NCBI GenBank assembly: GCA_038106605.1
Contig: JAYOEF010000003.1
Coordinates: 1 to 63,526 of the forward strand
DNA length: 63,526 nucleotides
DNA from: Alphaproteobacteria bacterium
Lineage (GTDB): Bacteria; Pseudomonadota; Alphaproteobacteria; MPNO01; UBA830
Direction: 5' to 3'
In this document: positions 10,229 to 19,076 of the stretch, one piece after another
How positions within the stretch are numbered: position 1 is the first letter of the stretch
How the letters are laid out: each line of letters starts with the position of its first letter
Translations under genes and position numbers: made by a program
The notes under the pieces: generated by a model
What the model was told of the DNA's origin: nothing
What the model saw: only the letters and a program-made list of their open reading frames with translations
Databases searched by the model: none

Positions 10229-10930
10229 CTAGCTGCGGCTCAGATCGAGCGCCAGATTCGTATTCTGGGTCAGGACGTAGCTGAGACCGCCGGACACGGA
10301 AGCGACGCGGTTCTTGCGCTGGTCCTCCGTGCCGAAGTCGCGGAAGGAAAAGTCGACGGCGAACGTGCCCGACAGCCGCGAGCTGAACGGCCGCGAGGCG
10401 GATAGGGTTGCGCTCATCACCCCTTCCTGGATGCCAGCCGAGCCCGTCGTGCGGCGCTCCCATTCCATCGAAGCGACGTAGGTGGTGAGCCTCCGCGCCG
10501 TGGACAGCAAGATCGTGAGAACCGACTGGTGGAAGAGCGAGGTCTGGAAGTCGAAATTCTGGTTCGTCACGTCGAAGATCTGTCCCGTCCGGGAATCGAT
10601 CAGCACGCCGGCGCCGTTGTTGACGAGAAAACCGCGATCCTCCTGGAGGAGCTCCTGCGAGCTCGTCAGCTGTTTCGAATAGCTCGCGAAAATCGATGTC
10701 CGGTTCGGAAGCGCATAGTTCGCATCGAAGCCGATCGTCTGGGTCTGGCGCTCAACGCTGTAGGTCAGCTCCATCGACGACCGGGAGTTGGGCTACCACG
10801 CGAAGCCGGCGTGCCGGGTGTAACCGCGCGGCTCGTCGGACAGTGTCGGATCGTGGATGTTCTCCCAGCCCACCGAACTCAGCAGCGAAAATGTGGGCAG
10901 GACGCGGAGCCTATAGTTGGTCGTCACGGT
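10229..10930 (-). pseudogene. PEP-CTERM-locus outer-membrane beta-barrel protein, 5'-truncated and carrying an in-frame TAG
   Basis: The C-terminal ~180 aa show alternating beta-strand character and end in LSYVLTQNTNLALDLSRS. About 45 further codons of the same frame continue upstream (TTNYRLRVLPTFSLLSSVGWENIHDP ... HAGFAW), separated by an in-frame TAG at 10790-10792. Homology stops at about 10930. Confidence 0.65.
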
Positions 10931-12330
10931 GCGCTGCTGATCTGGCTGGCCAACGCGATCCGCCTCTTCGCCGATCCTCTCGCCCTCTATCCGGTGTGGC
11001 ACGACAACGACTTCAACGCGGTCTCCAGTTCGTTCTTCGCGGTCGCCAACGCCGCCAGACGGCTCAGTGCCGATCCACAGTGCGTCTACGAATATGTGTT
11101 CCAGGGCGCGACCTACGGCGACCGTACGGTGTTCCGCGAGGTGCGCCTGCTCGCCGCACGGACCGAGCTCATGCTCGGCGACGAGGTGTCGGAGCGGACG
11201 GTGCATGCGCCGTTCGCGCGCGAGGTCCGCGACCTGCCGATCGAGGGGCACCTGGAGACCTGTCTCGCCAATCTACACCGCTATTACGACGCCATCGCGA
11301 GCGCGTCGGCGACCGCGTCGACACCGCGCTATCGGGCGGCTACGACTCGCGGCTCACGCTCGCGCTGTGCTGCGCGCACGGTATCCGCCTATCGGTCCAT
11401 GTCTACTGTAACGCGAACGATGCGGACGTGCGCGTCGCGTAGGCCATCGCCGCCGCCGAAGGTTTCCCGATCGAGCATGTCAACAAGAGCGACGTGAAGC
11501 CGGTGCCGTCGGATGCATTCGCCGCGATTTTCGAGCGCAACCTGTTCGGGTTCCAGGGCCACCCGGCCGACGGCGTGTTCGAGAACGGCACCGTCCTCGC
11601 CACCCGGCTCCGGCGCTGCGCAGGCGGACGGGTCGCGCTCAACGGCGGCGGCAAGGTGTTCCGAAACTTCCTCTACCTGCCGAACCGGTCCTTCACCGCC
11701 GGCCAACTTCTGTGGATGTTCAAGGGCGCACTCGATCCCGAATGGTGCACCGGCGCATTCGACGAAAACGTCTACCTGTCGAACCTCGGCAAGAAGGTGA
11801 AGTGCGTGCTCGACGTCGAGAGCGACCGGCTCACGCACACCGACATCGAGGCGCTCTAAGCGCTATTCCGCTGCCGCTACTGGATGGGCAAGAACAACAG
11901 AGTCAACAACCGGTTCGGCCCGGCACTGACACCCTTTATCGACGTGAACGTCGTTCCCGACGCAGTCGCGATCCCTCTGCGCTAAAAGAACTCCGGCCGG
12001 TTCGGGGGCCGGATGATCGCGCCTTTGAGTCCCGAACTTGCCGCCTACCCGTCCGACTACGGGCACTCGTTCACTGAGGACCCGCCGCTGGCCCGGCGCC
12101 TGCGCGACTAACTCACATACGCGCGCCCGCCCCGGCTCCGTCGGATGACCTTCCGCATCAAGAACCGCAATCCGGTCGAGAGGCCCTACTAGCTTTCCGA
12201 CGCCTATGTCGGGCGCGTCGTCGATCGGTCACTGCCCTACATGCGCCAGTTATTCCGCATCGACCGCGTCAACAGCCTCGACCAGCTCAACCGCATGCTC
12301 ACGCCCGAACTCCTGTTCACCCGCACGCAG
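10930..12330 (+). pseudogene. asparagine synthetase-like amidotransferase, 5'-truncated, with one frameshift and five in-frame stops
   Basis: LFADPLALYPVWHDNDFNAVSSS is followed by a frameshift near 11290, then DTALSGGYDSRLTLALC (the SGGxDS PP-loop). In-frame stops: TAG 11440, TAA 11857, TAA 11983, TAA 12109, TAG 12190. The same reading frame is maintained across all five stops. Confidence 0.7.
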
Positions 12331-12444
12331 CCGGACACGCTGCGGACAGCGCGACCCATTACATCAGATGGCGGGCCCGCCGTTGCATCGGCGGGGTTTC
12401 TGACCTATTCCAGTGGCGTTTTCCGCGCGCCTCAGGGAGCCGAC

Positions 12445-13539
12445 ATGGCCCGCACGTTCCATCTGATCGCCGCCGCCCGCCCGAACTTCATGAAGATCGC
12501 GCCGATCTATCACGCGATGGCGGCGGACGATTGGTGCGAGCCGATGATCGTGCACACGGGCCAGCATTACGAAGCGAACATGTCGGATAGCTTCTTCGAG
12601 GACCTGCAGCTTCCGACACCGCATTTCCACCTCGGCGTCGGCAGCGGCACGCACGCGCAGCAGACCGGAAGCGTGATGATCGCCTACGAGAAGATCCTGC
12701 TGGAGACGCCGCCCAACGCGACCATCGTCGTCGGCGACGTGAACTCGACGGTCGCGTGCACGCTCGCCGCCAAGAAGCTCTGCCTGCCCGTCGCGCATCT
12801 CGAAGCGGGTCTCCGAAGCCGCGACTGGACGATGCCGGAGGAGATCAACCGCATCGTCACGGACTCGATTTCCGACGTCCTCTGGACGCCGTCGCCCGAC
12901 GGCGACGAGAACCTCGCGGCCGAAGGCGTCGACCCGTCGCGCGTCACACGCGTCGGCAACGTGATGATGGATTCCTACGAGCTGATGCGCCCGCGCATCG
13001 AGGCGGAGACTCCGCGCACCGCGTTCGGCCTCGACGCTAAGGGCTACGGCATCGTCACCCTGCACCGGCCGAGCAACGTCGACCGCAAGGAGACGCTGGG
13101 TCCGCTCGTCGACGCGCTCACCTCGGCGGCGAAGAAGGTGCCGCTACTGTTCCCGCTGCATCCCCGGACGCGCGCGAGCCTGCAGAAGCACGGGCTGCTC
13201 GACGGCTTCCTCGCCTCGTCCGGCATCCATGTCACCGAACCGATCAACTACATCCGCTTCATGGGCCTCGTCCGCGAGGCGGCGCTGGTGATCACGGACT
13301 CGGGCGGCATCCAGGAAGAGACCACCTATCTCGACATCCCATGCATCACGCTCCGCGAGAACACAGAGCGGCCGATCACCCTGACCCAGGGCACCAACCG
13401 GCTGGCGAAGATCCCGGATCTCGAGGGCTATGTCGACGAGGTGCTGGCGGGCAAGTGGCCGTCGGGCGTGCGCCCCGACCTGTGGGACGGGAAGACGGCG
13501 TCGCGCGTGCTCGCCGACCTCAAGCGCCGGCTCGGCTAG
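12445..13539 (+). CDS. wecB: UDP-N-acetylglucosamine 2-epimerase (non-hydrolysing)
   Basis: ARPNFMKIAPI, HTGQHY, VVGDVNST, HLEAGLRS and DSGGIQEE motifs. An AGGGAG RBS lies 6 nt before the ATG at 12445. Confidence 0.9.
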   Translation: MARTFHLIAAARPNFMKIAPIYHAMAADDWCEPMIVHTGQHYEANMSDSFFEDLQLPTPHFHLGVGSGTHAQQTGSVMIAYEKILLETPPNATIVVGDVNSTVACTLAAKKLCLPVAHLEAGLRSRDWTMPEEINRIVTDSISDVLWTPSPDGDENLAAEGVDPSRVTRVGNVMMDSYELMRPRIEAETPRTAFGLDAKGYGIVTLHRPSNVDRKETLGPLVDALTSAAKKVPLLFPLHPRTRASLQKHGLLDGFLASSGIHVTEPINYIRFMGLVREAALVITDSGGIQEETTYLDIPCITLRENTERPITLTQGTNRLAKIPDLEGYVDEVLAGKWPSGVRPDLWDGKTASRVLADLKRRLG

Positions 13540-13561
13540 CGAATTCTCTTCAGCAGAATTC

Positions 13562-13957
13562 TCAGCGGGGCCGCCGGCCGGAACTCACGAAGATCTCGAG
13601 ACCGCTCCACTCGGGCCAGCGCGCGGCGGCGTCGGCGAGCTCGCGGTGCATGCGGATATGCGCGAGCGTGCGGTCCGGCCGCTTGATCGAGCGCGACACC
13701 GTCGGCCACAGGCGCGGGGCAGGAGATGCTTTGGTGCCCTTCCACCACGGACGCAGCACCTTGTCGTGGAGCGCGAAGTCCGTGAGCCCGGCGCGCTTCA
13801 TCATCTCCTCGATCACCGGCGGCGTGAAATACCACCGGTGGTCCGACTGGTAGTCCCACCACTCCGGGCCGCTCGAGATACGCCCCGCCGACTGGTAGTT
13901 GCCGGTTTCGACGAACAGCGTGCCGCCCGGCGCGAGCCTCGCGACGACCGACCTTTA
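13562..13957 (-). pseudogene. C-terminal fragment of a class I SAM-dependent methyltransferase
   Basis: VVARLAPGGTLFVETGNYQ ... YFTPPVIEEMMKRAGLTDF represents the post-motif-III part only. It is preceded by an in-frame TAA inside an AT-rich scar (CCTTTATTACC, about 13953-13963). No SAM-binding GxGxG region is present. Confidence 0.55.
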
Positions 13958-14209
13958 TTACCACCTGCTCGCGATCATCGTGCAGGCACGGCTCTGCGTC
14001 GAACGCGCGCTGGCGGAAGGCCCGCCGGTCCAGGTCGCAGCCGCGACGGAACAGTAAGCGTTGGCAGCTGGGACCAGCGAAGCGGTCGCCGCCGCCCGCA
14101 GCGCCACGGATGCGCAGAACGTCCCATCCGGCCACAAGCTCGGCGGCGCGTCCGGATACCTGATTCAGAGACGATAGGGGCGGCAGCGCGCGGCAGGGTC
14201 TACAGCCGT

Positions 14210-15187
14210 TCAGACCCCGTGATACTCCCGGTACCACTCAACGAAACGCGGCACACCGACATCGATCGGTATCGTCGGCTCGTAGCCGAGGTCGCGGCGG
14301 ATCGCCTCGATGTCGGCATAGGTCTCCTTCACGTCGCCCATCTGCATGGGCTCCATGACGGTCTGCGCCTTCTTGCCGAGCGCGTCCTCGAGCACCGAGA
14401 TCAGGCGCATCAGCGGTTCCGAGCGGTGGTTGCCGATGTTGTAGACGCGGTGCGGCGCGGCGCCGTTCCCCGCGGGCGGATTGTCGAGCGAGGCGACGAC
14501 GCCGGTGACGATGTCGTCGACATAGGTGAAGTCGCGCTTCATGTCGCCGTGATTGAAGACGCGGATCGGTTTCCCCTCGGTGATCGCCTTGGCGAAGATG
14601 TAGAGCGCCATGTCGGGCCGGCCCCACGGCCCGTAGACCGTGAAGAAGCGGAGCCCCGTCTGCGGCATGTCGTAGAGATGGCTGTAGCAGTAGGACATGT
14701 GCTCGTTCGCCTTCTTGGTGGCGGCGTAGAGCGACACGGGCGAGTCCGTGCGGTCCTCGACAGCGAAGGGAAGCTTGGTGTTGCCGCCGTAAACCGAACT
14801 CGAGCTTGCGTAGACGAGGTGCTCGAATCCGTCCATGTGGCGGCAGAGTTCCAGGATCGACATGTGGCCGACGAGGTTCGCGTCGACATAGGCGAACGGA
14901 TGATCGAGCGAGTAGCGGACGCCGGCCTGGGCGGCAAGGTGGACGACCCGCTTCACCCCCCTGAGATCGCGCGCGAATGCCGCGAACGCATCGCGGTCGG
15001 CAAGATCGATCTCGTGCATCGAAAAGCCGTTCCTCGCCTTGAGGCGCTCCAGCCGGGCGCGCTTGAGGGCGACGCTGTAGTAGTCGTTGACGTTGTCGAC
15101 GCCGACGACTTCCTCCCCCCGGTCGAGCAGGCGCATGGATGTGTGGTAGCCGATGAAACCGGCCGCGCCGGTGACGAGAATGGCCAT
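14210..15187 (-). CDS. NAD-dependent UDP-glucuronate 4-epimerase (CapI/LpsL-like)
   Basis: ILVTGAAGFIGYH, ASSSSVYG, YAATKKANE and FFTVYGPWGRPDMA motifs; 325 aa. Confidence 0.85.
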   Translation of the reverse strand: MAILVTGAAGFIGYHTSMRLLDRGEEVVGVDNVNDYYSVALKRARLERLKARNGFSMHEIDLADRDAFAAFARDLRGVKRVVHLAAQAGVRYSLDHPFAYVDANLVGHMSILELCRHMDGFEHLVYASSSSVYGGNTKLPFAVEDRTDSPVSLYAATKKANEHMSYCYSHLYDMPQTGLRFFTVYGPWGRPDMALYIFAKAITEGKPIRVFNHGDMKRDFTYVDDIVTGVVASLDNPPAGNGAAPHRVYNIGNHRSEPLMRLISVLEDALGKKAQTVMEPMQMGDVKETYADIEAIRRDLGYEPTIPIDVGVPRFVEWYREYHGV

Positions 15188-15316
15188 GCCGCTGGAACCC
15201 CGAATCTGCTCAGTTGCGAAAAATTGTGAGGACTTTCCTTAACATAAAGGTATGGCCGTAATATTCCGAGTTCTGAAATCTGCCGTTCCGACCTGCGTAG
15301 TCTGAGGGAGGTGTCG

Positions 15317-15868
15317 ATGCGGCCAGGTTTCACCCGTGCCCGATCCGGACTCGCACTCGCCGCCGCGACGCTCGTCCTAGCGATCGCTCCGCGGGCGCGG
15401 AGCCAGGATACGCCGCAGGCACTGGCTCCGGCCTACAATCCGCACACCAAGAGCTATTTCGAGCTCCGCACCGACCTGCCCAAGCCGCCGCAATGGCGGA
15501 CCGCGGAGGCCTTCGCGCGCACCAAGGTCTACAAGGGCACGCGCGGGCACCTCGCCGTCGTCAAGGACCTCGAAACGCACAGTTTCCTCCAGGCGAACTT
15601 CCCGCTCTACGAGGAGGCGTGGATCGGCCTCCGGTTCTACTGCAGCATCCGCAAGCTCCTCTGGGTGACCGGCGACGAACACCCCCTGAAGGCGTTCAAG
15701 ATGTGGGCCAAGCCGTGGCACCGTACCAAGGTCACCTGCACCACCGAGAACATCCAGTACATGCCGGTGCACTACCTGCCGCAGACCAAGGGCTTCCGCT
15801 GGCAGGTGTCCGGACCCGAGAAATACTTCGTCAGCTATTTCGTCGAGTATCCCACCGGCAAGGAATAG
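15317..15868 (+). CDS. secreted C-type lectin-like domain protein
   Basis: Signal peptide (LALAAATLVLAIAPRARS) followed by a CTLD-like core: W..AEAFA ... GHLAVV ... FLQ ... AWIGL ... LLWVTGD. A GGAGG RBS lies 5 nt before the ATG at 15317. Confidence 0.6.
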   Translation: MRPGFTRARSGLALAAATLVLAIAPRARSQDTPQALAPAYNPHTKSYFELRTDLPKPPQWRTAEAFARTKVYKGTRGHLAVVKDLETHSFLQANFPLYEEAWIGLRFYCSIRKLLWVTGDEHPLKAFKMWAKPWHRTKVTCTTENIQYMPVHYLPQTKGFRWQVSGPEKYFVSYFVEYPTGKE

Positions 15869-15894
15869 CCCGAGGGTGTGCGGCGGCAGCGCCG

Positions 15895-16947
15895 TCAGGC
15901 GAGCGCCGGGATCACCTTTTCCCCGAACAGGCGCATCGAGCGCTCGGCGTCGGCGAACGGCAGGTCGCTGAAATTGATCTGGAGCGAGGCATCGTCGAAG
16001 CCGCCGATGGCGTCGCGATAGGCGGTAATGCGGTCTATGAGTTCCGTCGGCGTGCCGACCCAGGCCGCGCCCTTCTCGACCTGGCTCTCGAACGTCTCCT
16101 TGTCGAGCGCGGCGATCATCCGGTCGTAGCCCTTGTAGTTGTCGGACGAGGCGCCGTCGACCCAGTCCTTCGCGGCGTCGACCAGCGATTTCAGGTAGCG
16201 GTTCACGGGGTCGCGAGCGATGCGGAACGCTTCCTTCCGGTCCTCGTGGCAGAACATGTGGAAGGCGAGCATGATGCGGCCTTCGCCGGCGTGGCCCGCG
16301 GCCTTCCAAGCCTCACGGTAGACGTCGATCAGCTCGCTCATCTGCGAGCCGCCGATCGGGATCGCCATGATCCAGTTGCCGACCCGGCCCGCCTTCTCGA
16401 ACGATTCGGGCGTGGTGAACGCCGCCGTCCAGAACATCGGGCGCGGCTGCTGCGTCGGACGCGGCAGCGAGGTGACGCCCCGGAAACTGTGGAACTGGCC
16501 CTCGTCGCTGACGTTTTCGCCGGTCAGCAGCAGATCGATCTGGCGCATGCCCTCGTCGAAGCGCGCGACGCTCTCGTCGAGCGAGATCCCGAACCGGTCG
16601 TACTCGTTGGGCAGGAACGCGCGCGCGAACCCGACCTCGAGACGGCCGCCGCTGATCGCGTCCAGCATGCCGATCTCGCCCGCGAGCTTGAGCGGATTGT
16701 TGAAAACGGGCAGCACGGCGCCTGTGACGATGCGCGCCTTCTTCGTGCGCTGCGACAGCGCCGACAGGAAGACGATCGGGTTCGGGCTATAGCCGCCGTA
16801 GGGATGGAAATAGTGCTCGACCGTTCGGACATGGGTGTAGCCGTAGACGTCGGCGAGCTCGGTGAGCCTGAGGCACTCGTCGAAATACTGCGCGCCCGAC
16901 TTCTGCTTCGGCCCGACCGCCGGGAAGAACTGCATCCCGAATTCCAT
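15895..16947 (-). CDS. LLM-class (luciferase-like) flavin-dependent oxidoreductase
   Basis: MEFGMQFFP start, followed by TVEHYFHPYGGYSPNP and GGRLEVGFARAF motifs. Confidence 0.8.
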   Translation of the reverse strand: MEFGMQFFPAVGPKQKSGAQYFDECLRLTELADVYGYTHVRTVEHYFHPYGGYSPNPIVFLSALSQRTKKARIVTGAVLPVFNNPLKLAGEIGMLDAISGGRLEVGFARAFLPNEYDRFGISLDESVARFDEGMRQIDLLLTGENVSDEGQFHSFRGVTSLPRPTQQPRPMFWTAAFTTPESFEKAGRVGNWIMAIPIGGSQMSELIDVYREAWKAAGHAGEGRIMLAFHMFCHEDRKEAFRIARDPVNRYLKSLVDAAKDWVDGASSDNYKGYDRMIAALDKETFESQVEKGAAWVGTPTELIDRITAYRDAIGGFDDASLQINFSDLPFADAERSMRLFGEKVIPALA

Positions 16948-17092
16948 TGTCCGCTCCCTGTTTTCCGCCGTCCCGCGGCGGGCCGAATACATCCGCGCCC
17001 CGGCGGTTCAGCGAACCCTAGTGCGGCGATTAATCCGTGTACAGATCATTATCGATCTCCTACAACGGAACCGCTGCATCCTGTCCATCACG

Positions 17093-17626
17093 ATGACGGA
17101 GTCCGCCGTGAGCGGGGATCTGAAGCGGCTGATCTCGACCTACGACCTCGGCTCTGCGCCGGGCCACCTGATCCGGCGCGCCCAGCAGCGCGCCGTCGAG
17201 TTCTATGTCGCCGAGGTCGGCGAGGATGGTCCGACGCCGCAGCAGTTCGCCGTGCTTCTCAACGTCTTCCAGAACCCGGGCATGAGCCAGACCGACCTCG
17301 TCCAGGCGAGCGCGATCGACCGCAGCACGCTCGCCGAGATCTTGCGCCGGATGGTCGCGCGCGAACTCGTCTCGCGCACGAGGAGACCCGGCGACCAGCG
17401 CGCCTACGCGCTGTCCCTGACGGCAGACGGCCTCCGGATGCTGGAGCATGCCTTCGCCGCGGCGCTGCGCGCCCAGAGCCGCATCCTCGAACCGGTGCCG
17501 CCCGCGGAGCGGCCGGCGGCGATGGCGATCCTCGCGACGATCGCAGGCTTCGGCGGCGGCGACGCCGAATCCGCGGCGTTGGCGGCCGGCGATTCCGCTG
17601 GCAAATCCGCTGGCGACGACGCCTGA
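17093..17626 (+). CDS. MarR family transcriptional regulator
   Basis: Winged-HTH core: PQQFAVLLNVFQNPGMSQTDLVQASAIDRSTLAEILRRMVARELV. Confidence 0.8.
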   Translation: MTESAVSGDLKRLISTYDLGSAPGHLIRRAQQRAVEFYVAEVGEDGPTPQQFAVLLNVFQNPGMSQTDLVQASAIDRSTLAEILRRMVARELVSRTRRPGDQRAYALSLTADGLRMLEHAFAAALRAQSRILEPVPPAERPAAMAILATIAGFGGGDAESAALAAGDSAGKSAGDDA

Positions 17627-17647
17627 TTCGCGCATAATCCCGCCGTC

Positions 17648-18646
17648 ATGCAGACAGCATCGCCGGATCCGGTTCCCAATGCTGCGGCGAACGCGCGGCT
17701 CCGTCCGCCCGCCGTCGCCGTGGTCGTGCCCTGTTACAACGAGGAGATCTCGATCGCCGGCGTGGTCGCCGCGTTCCGCGCGGCTCTCCCCGAGGCGACG
17801 GTCTACGTCTACGACAACAATTCGACGGACCGCACCGCCGAGGTCGCCGCCGCGGCGGGCGCGCAGGTCCGGCGCGAGACGCGCCAGGGCAAGGGCAACG
17901 TCGTCCGCCGCATGTTTGCCGACATCGACGCCGACATCTACGTGATGGCGGACGGCGACGGCACGTACGACGCCGCAAGTGCGCCGCGGCTGATCCAGCG
18001 CCTGGTCGAAAACGACCTCGACATGGTGGTCGGCACGCGGCTTCAGTCCGACGCCAGCGACGCCTTCCGCCTCGGCCACCGCTTCGGCAACCGCTTCCTG
18101 ACGCAGTCGGTCAACGGGCTGTTCGGCGCGCAGCTCGTCGATATCCTTTCGGGTTACCGCGTGCTCTCGCGCCGTTTCGCCAAATCCTTTCCGGCACTCT
18201 CCTCGGGTTTCGAGACCGAGACGGAACTGACCATCCATGCGCTCGAGCTCCGGACGCCGCTCGCCGAGGCCGAGACGCCTTACGCGACGCGGCCCGAGGG
18301 ATCGACCAGCAAGCTCAACACCTACCGCGACGGCTGGCGCATCCTGCGCACGATCGTGAAGCTCGTCCGCGAGTTCCGTCCCGTCCTGTTCTACGGCACC
18401 GGAGCGGGCGTGCTCGCGGCGATATCGCTGCTCCTCGGCATTCCCGTGATCGTCACCTATCTGGAGACCGGCTTGGTGCCGCGGCTGCCGACGGCCGTGC
18501 TCGCCACCGGCACGATGCTGCTCGCCTTCCTCAGCGCGACCTGCGGCCTGATCCTCGAAAGCGTCAGCCGCGGCCGCTGGGAGCAGAAGCGGATGGCCTA
18601 CCTCGCACTGCCGTCGGTCCGGTCGGCGCTGCGCCGCCCGGCGTGA
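17648..18646 (+). CDS. family 2 glycosyltransferase, polyprenyl-phosphate sugar transferase type (GtrB/ArnC/DPM1-like)
   Basis: VVVPCYNEE, YDNNSTDRT and MADGDGTYD (DxD) motifs, with two C-terminal TM helices. Confidence 0.8.
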   Translation: MQTASPDPVPNAAANARLRPPAVAVVVPCYNEEISIAGVVAAFRAALPEATVYVYDNNSTDRTAEVAAAAGAQVRRETRQGKGNVVRRMFADIDADIYVMADGDGTYDAASAPRLIQRLVENDLDMVVGTRLQSDASDAFRLGHRFGNRFLTQSVNGLFGAQLVDILSGYRVLSRRFAKSFPALSSGFETETELTIHALELRTPLAEAETPYATRPEGSTSKLNTYRDGWRILRTIVKLVREFRPVLFYGTGAGVLAAISLLLGIPVIVTYLETGLVPRLPTAVLATGTMLLAFLSATCGLILESVSRGRWEQKRMAYLALPSVRSALRRPA

Positions 18647-18713
18647 TCCGCGCGATGCGCCCCGTGATGCGCCTTGGGCCGCGCCGCGAAAGCGCGCTGA
18701 ACCGGACGCGCGC

Positions 18714-19076
18714 ATGGCAAAGCTGTTCTATGCCGTCGCGTTCCTGGTCACCTACGGCTCGCTCTACCCGTTCGACTTCTCGCTGTCGGAGCTGAGCGGC
18801 GAGGCGACCCGTCGCTTCCTGTTCGAATGGTCGCTGTTCACCGGCCGCGGCGACGTGCTCGGCAACGTCGCGCTGTTCCTCCCCTACGGCTTCTTCAGAA
18901 TGCTGGTGCGCAAGCCCGGCCGGTCCGAGGCCGCGAAGCTCCTCTGGCTCAGCGTCTGGGGCTTCGTCCTCGCGACCGTGGCGCAGGTTTTCCAGCTTGC
19001 GCTGCCGTCGCGCGACGCCGCGCTCGGCGACGTGCTCTGGAACATGCTCGGGCTGTCCGCCGGTCGAGCCAGATGA
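18714..19076 (+). CDS. VanZ-like small membrane protein
   Basis: 120 aa. GDVLGNVALFLPYGFF and QLALPSRDAALGDVLWNMLG match VanZ-family signatures. Its stop overlaps the next start (ATGA). Confidence 0.65.
   Translation: MAKLFYAVAFLVTYGSLYPFDFSLSELSGEATRRFLFEWSLFTGRGDVLGNVALFLPYGFFRMLVRKPGRSEAAKLLWLSVWGFVLATVAQVFQLALPSRDAALGDVLWNMLGLSAGRAR

Noticed and set aside
10790-12192. The in-frame TAG/TAA codons might reflect stop-codon reassignment or programmed read-through, for example to Tyr.
   Set aside because: TAG and TAA are used as ordinary terminators by well-defined genes in the same window (upp, the Sel1 gene, the acyltransferase-3 gene). The affected genes also carry a frameshift and 5' truncations. 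Pseudogenisation is the simpler explanation.
12241-12444. The supplied ORF suggests a 68-aa N-terminal extension of wecB.
   Set aside because: The extension is the in-frame tail of the upstream amidotransferase pseudogene (..YMRQLFRIDRVNSLDQLNRMLTPELLF..). An AGGGAG RBS precedes the ATG at 12445, where homology to WecB N-termini (FHLIAAARPNFMKIAP) begins.
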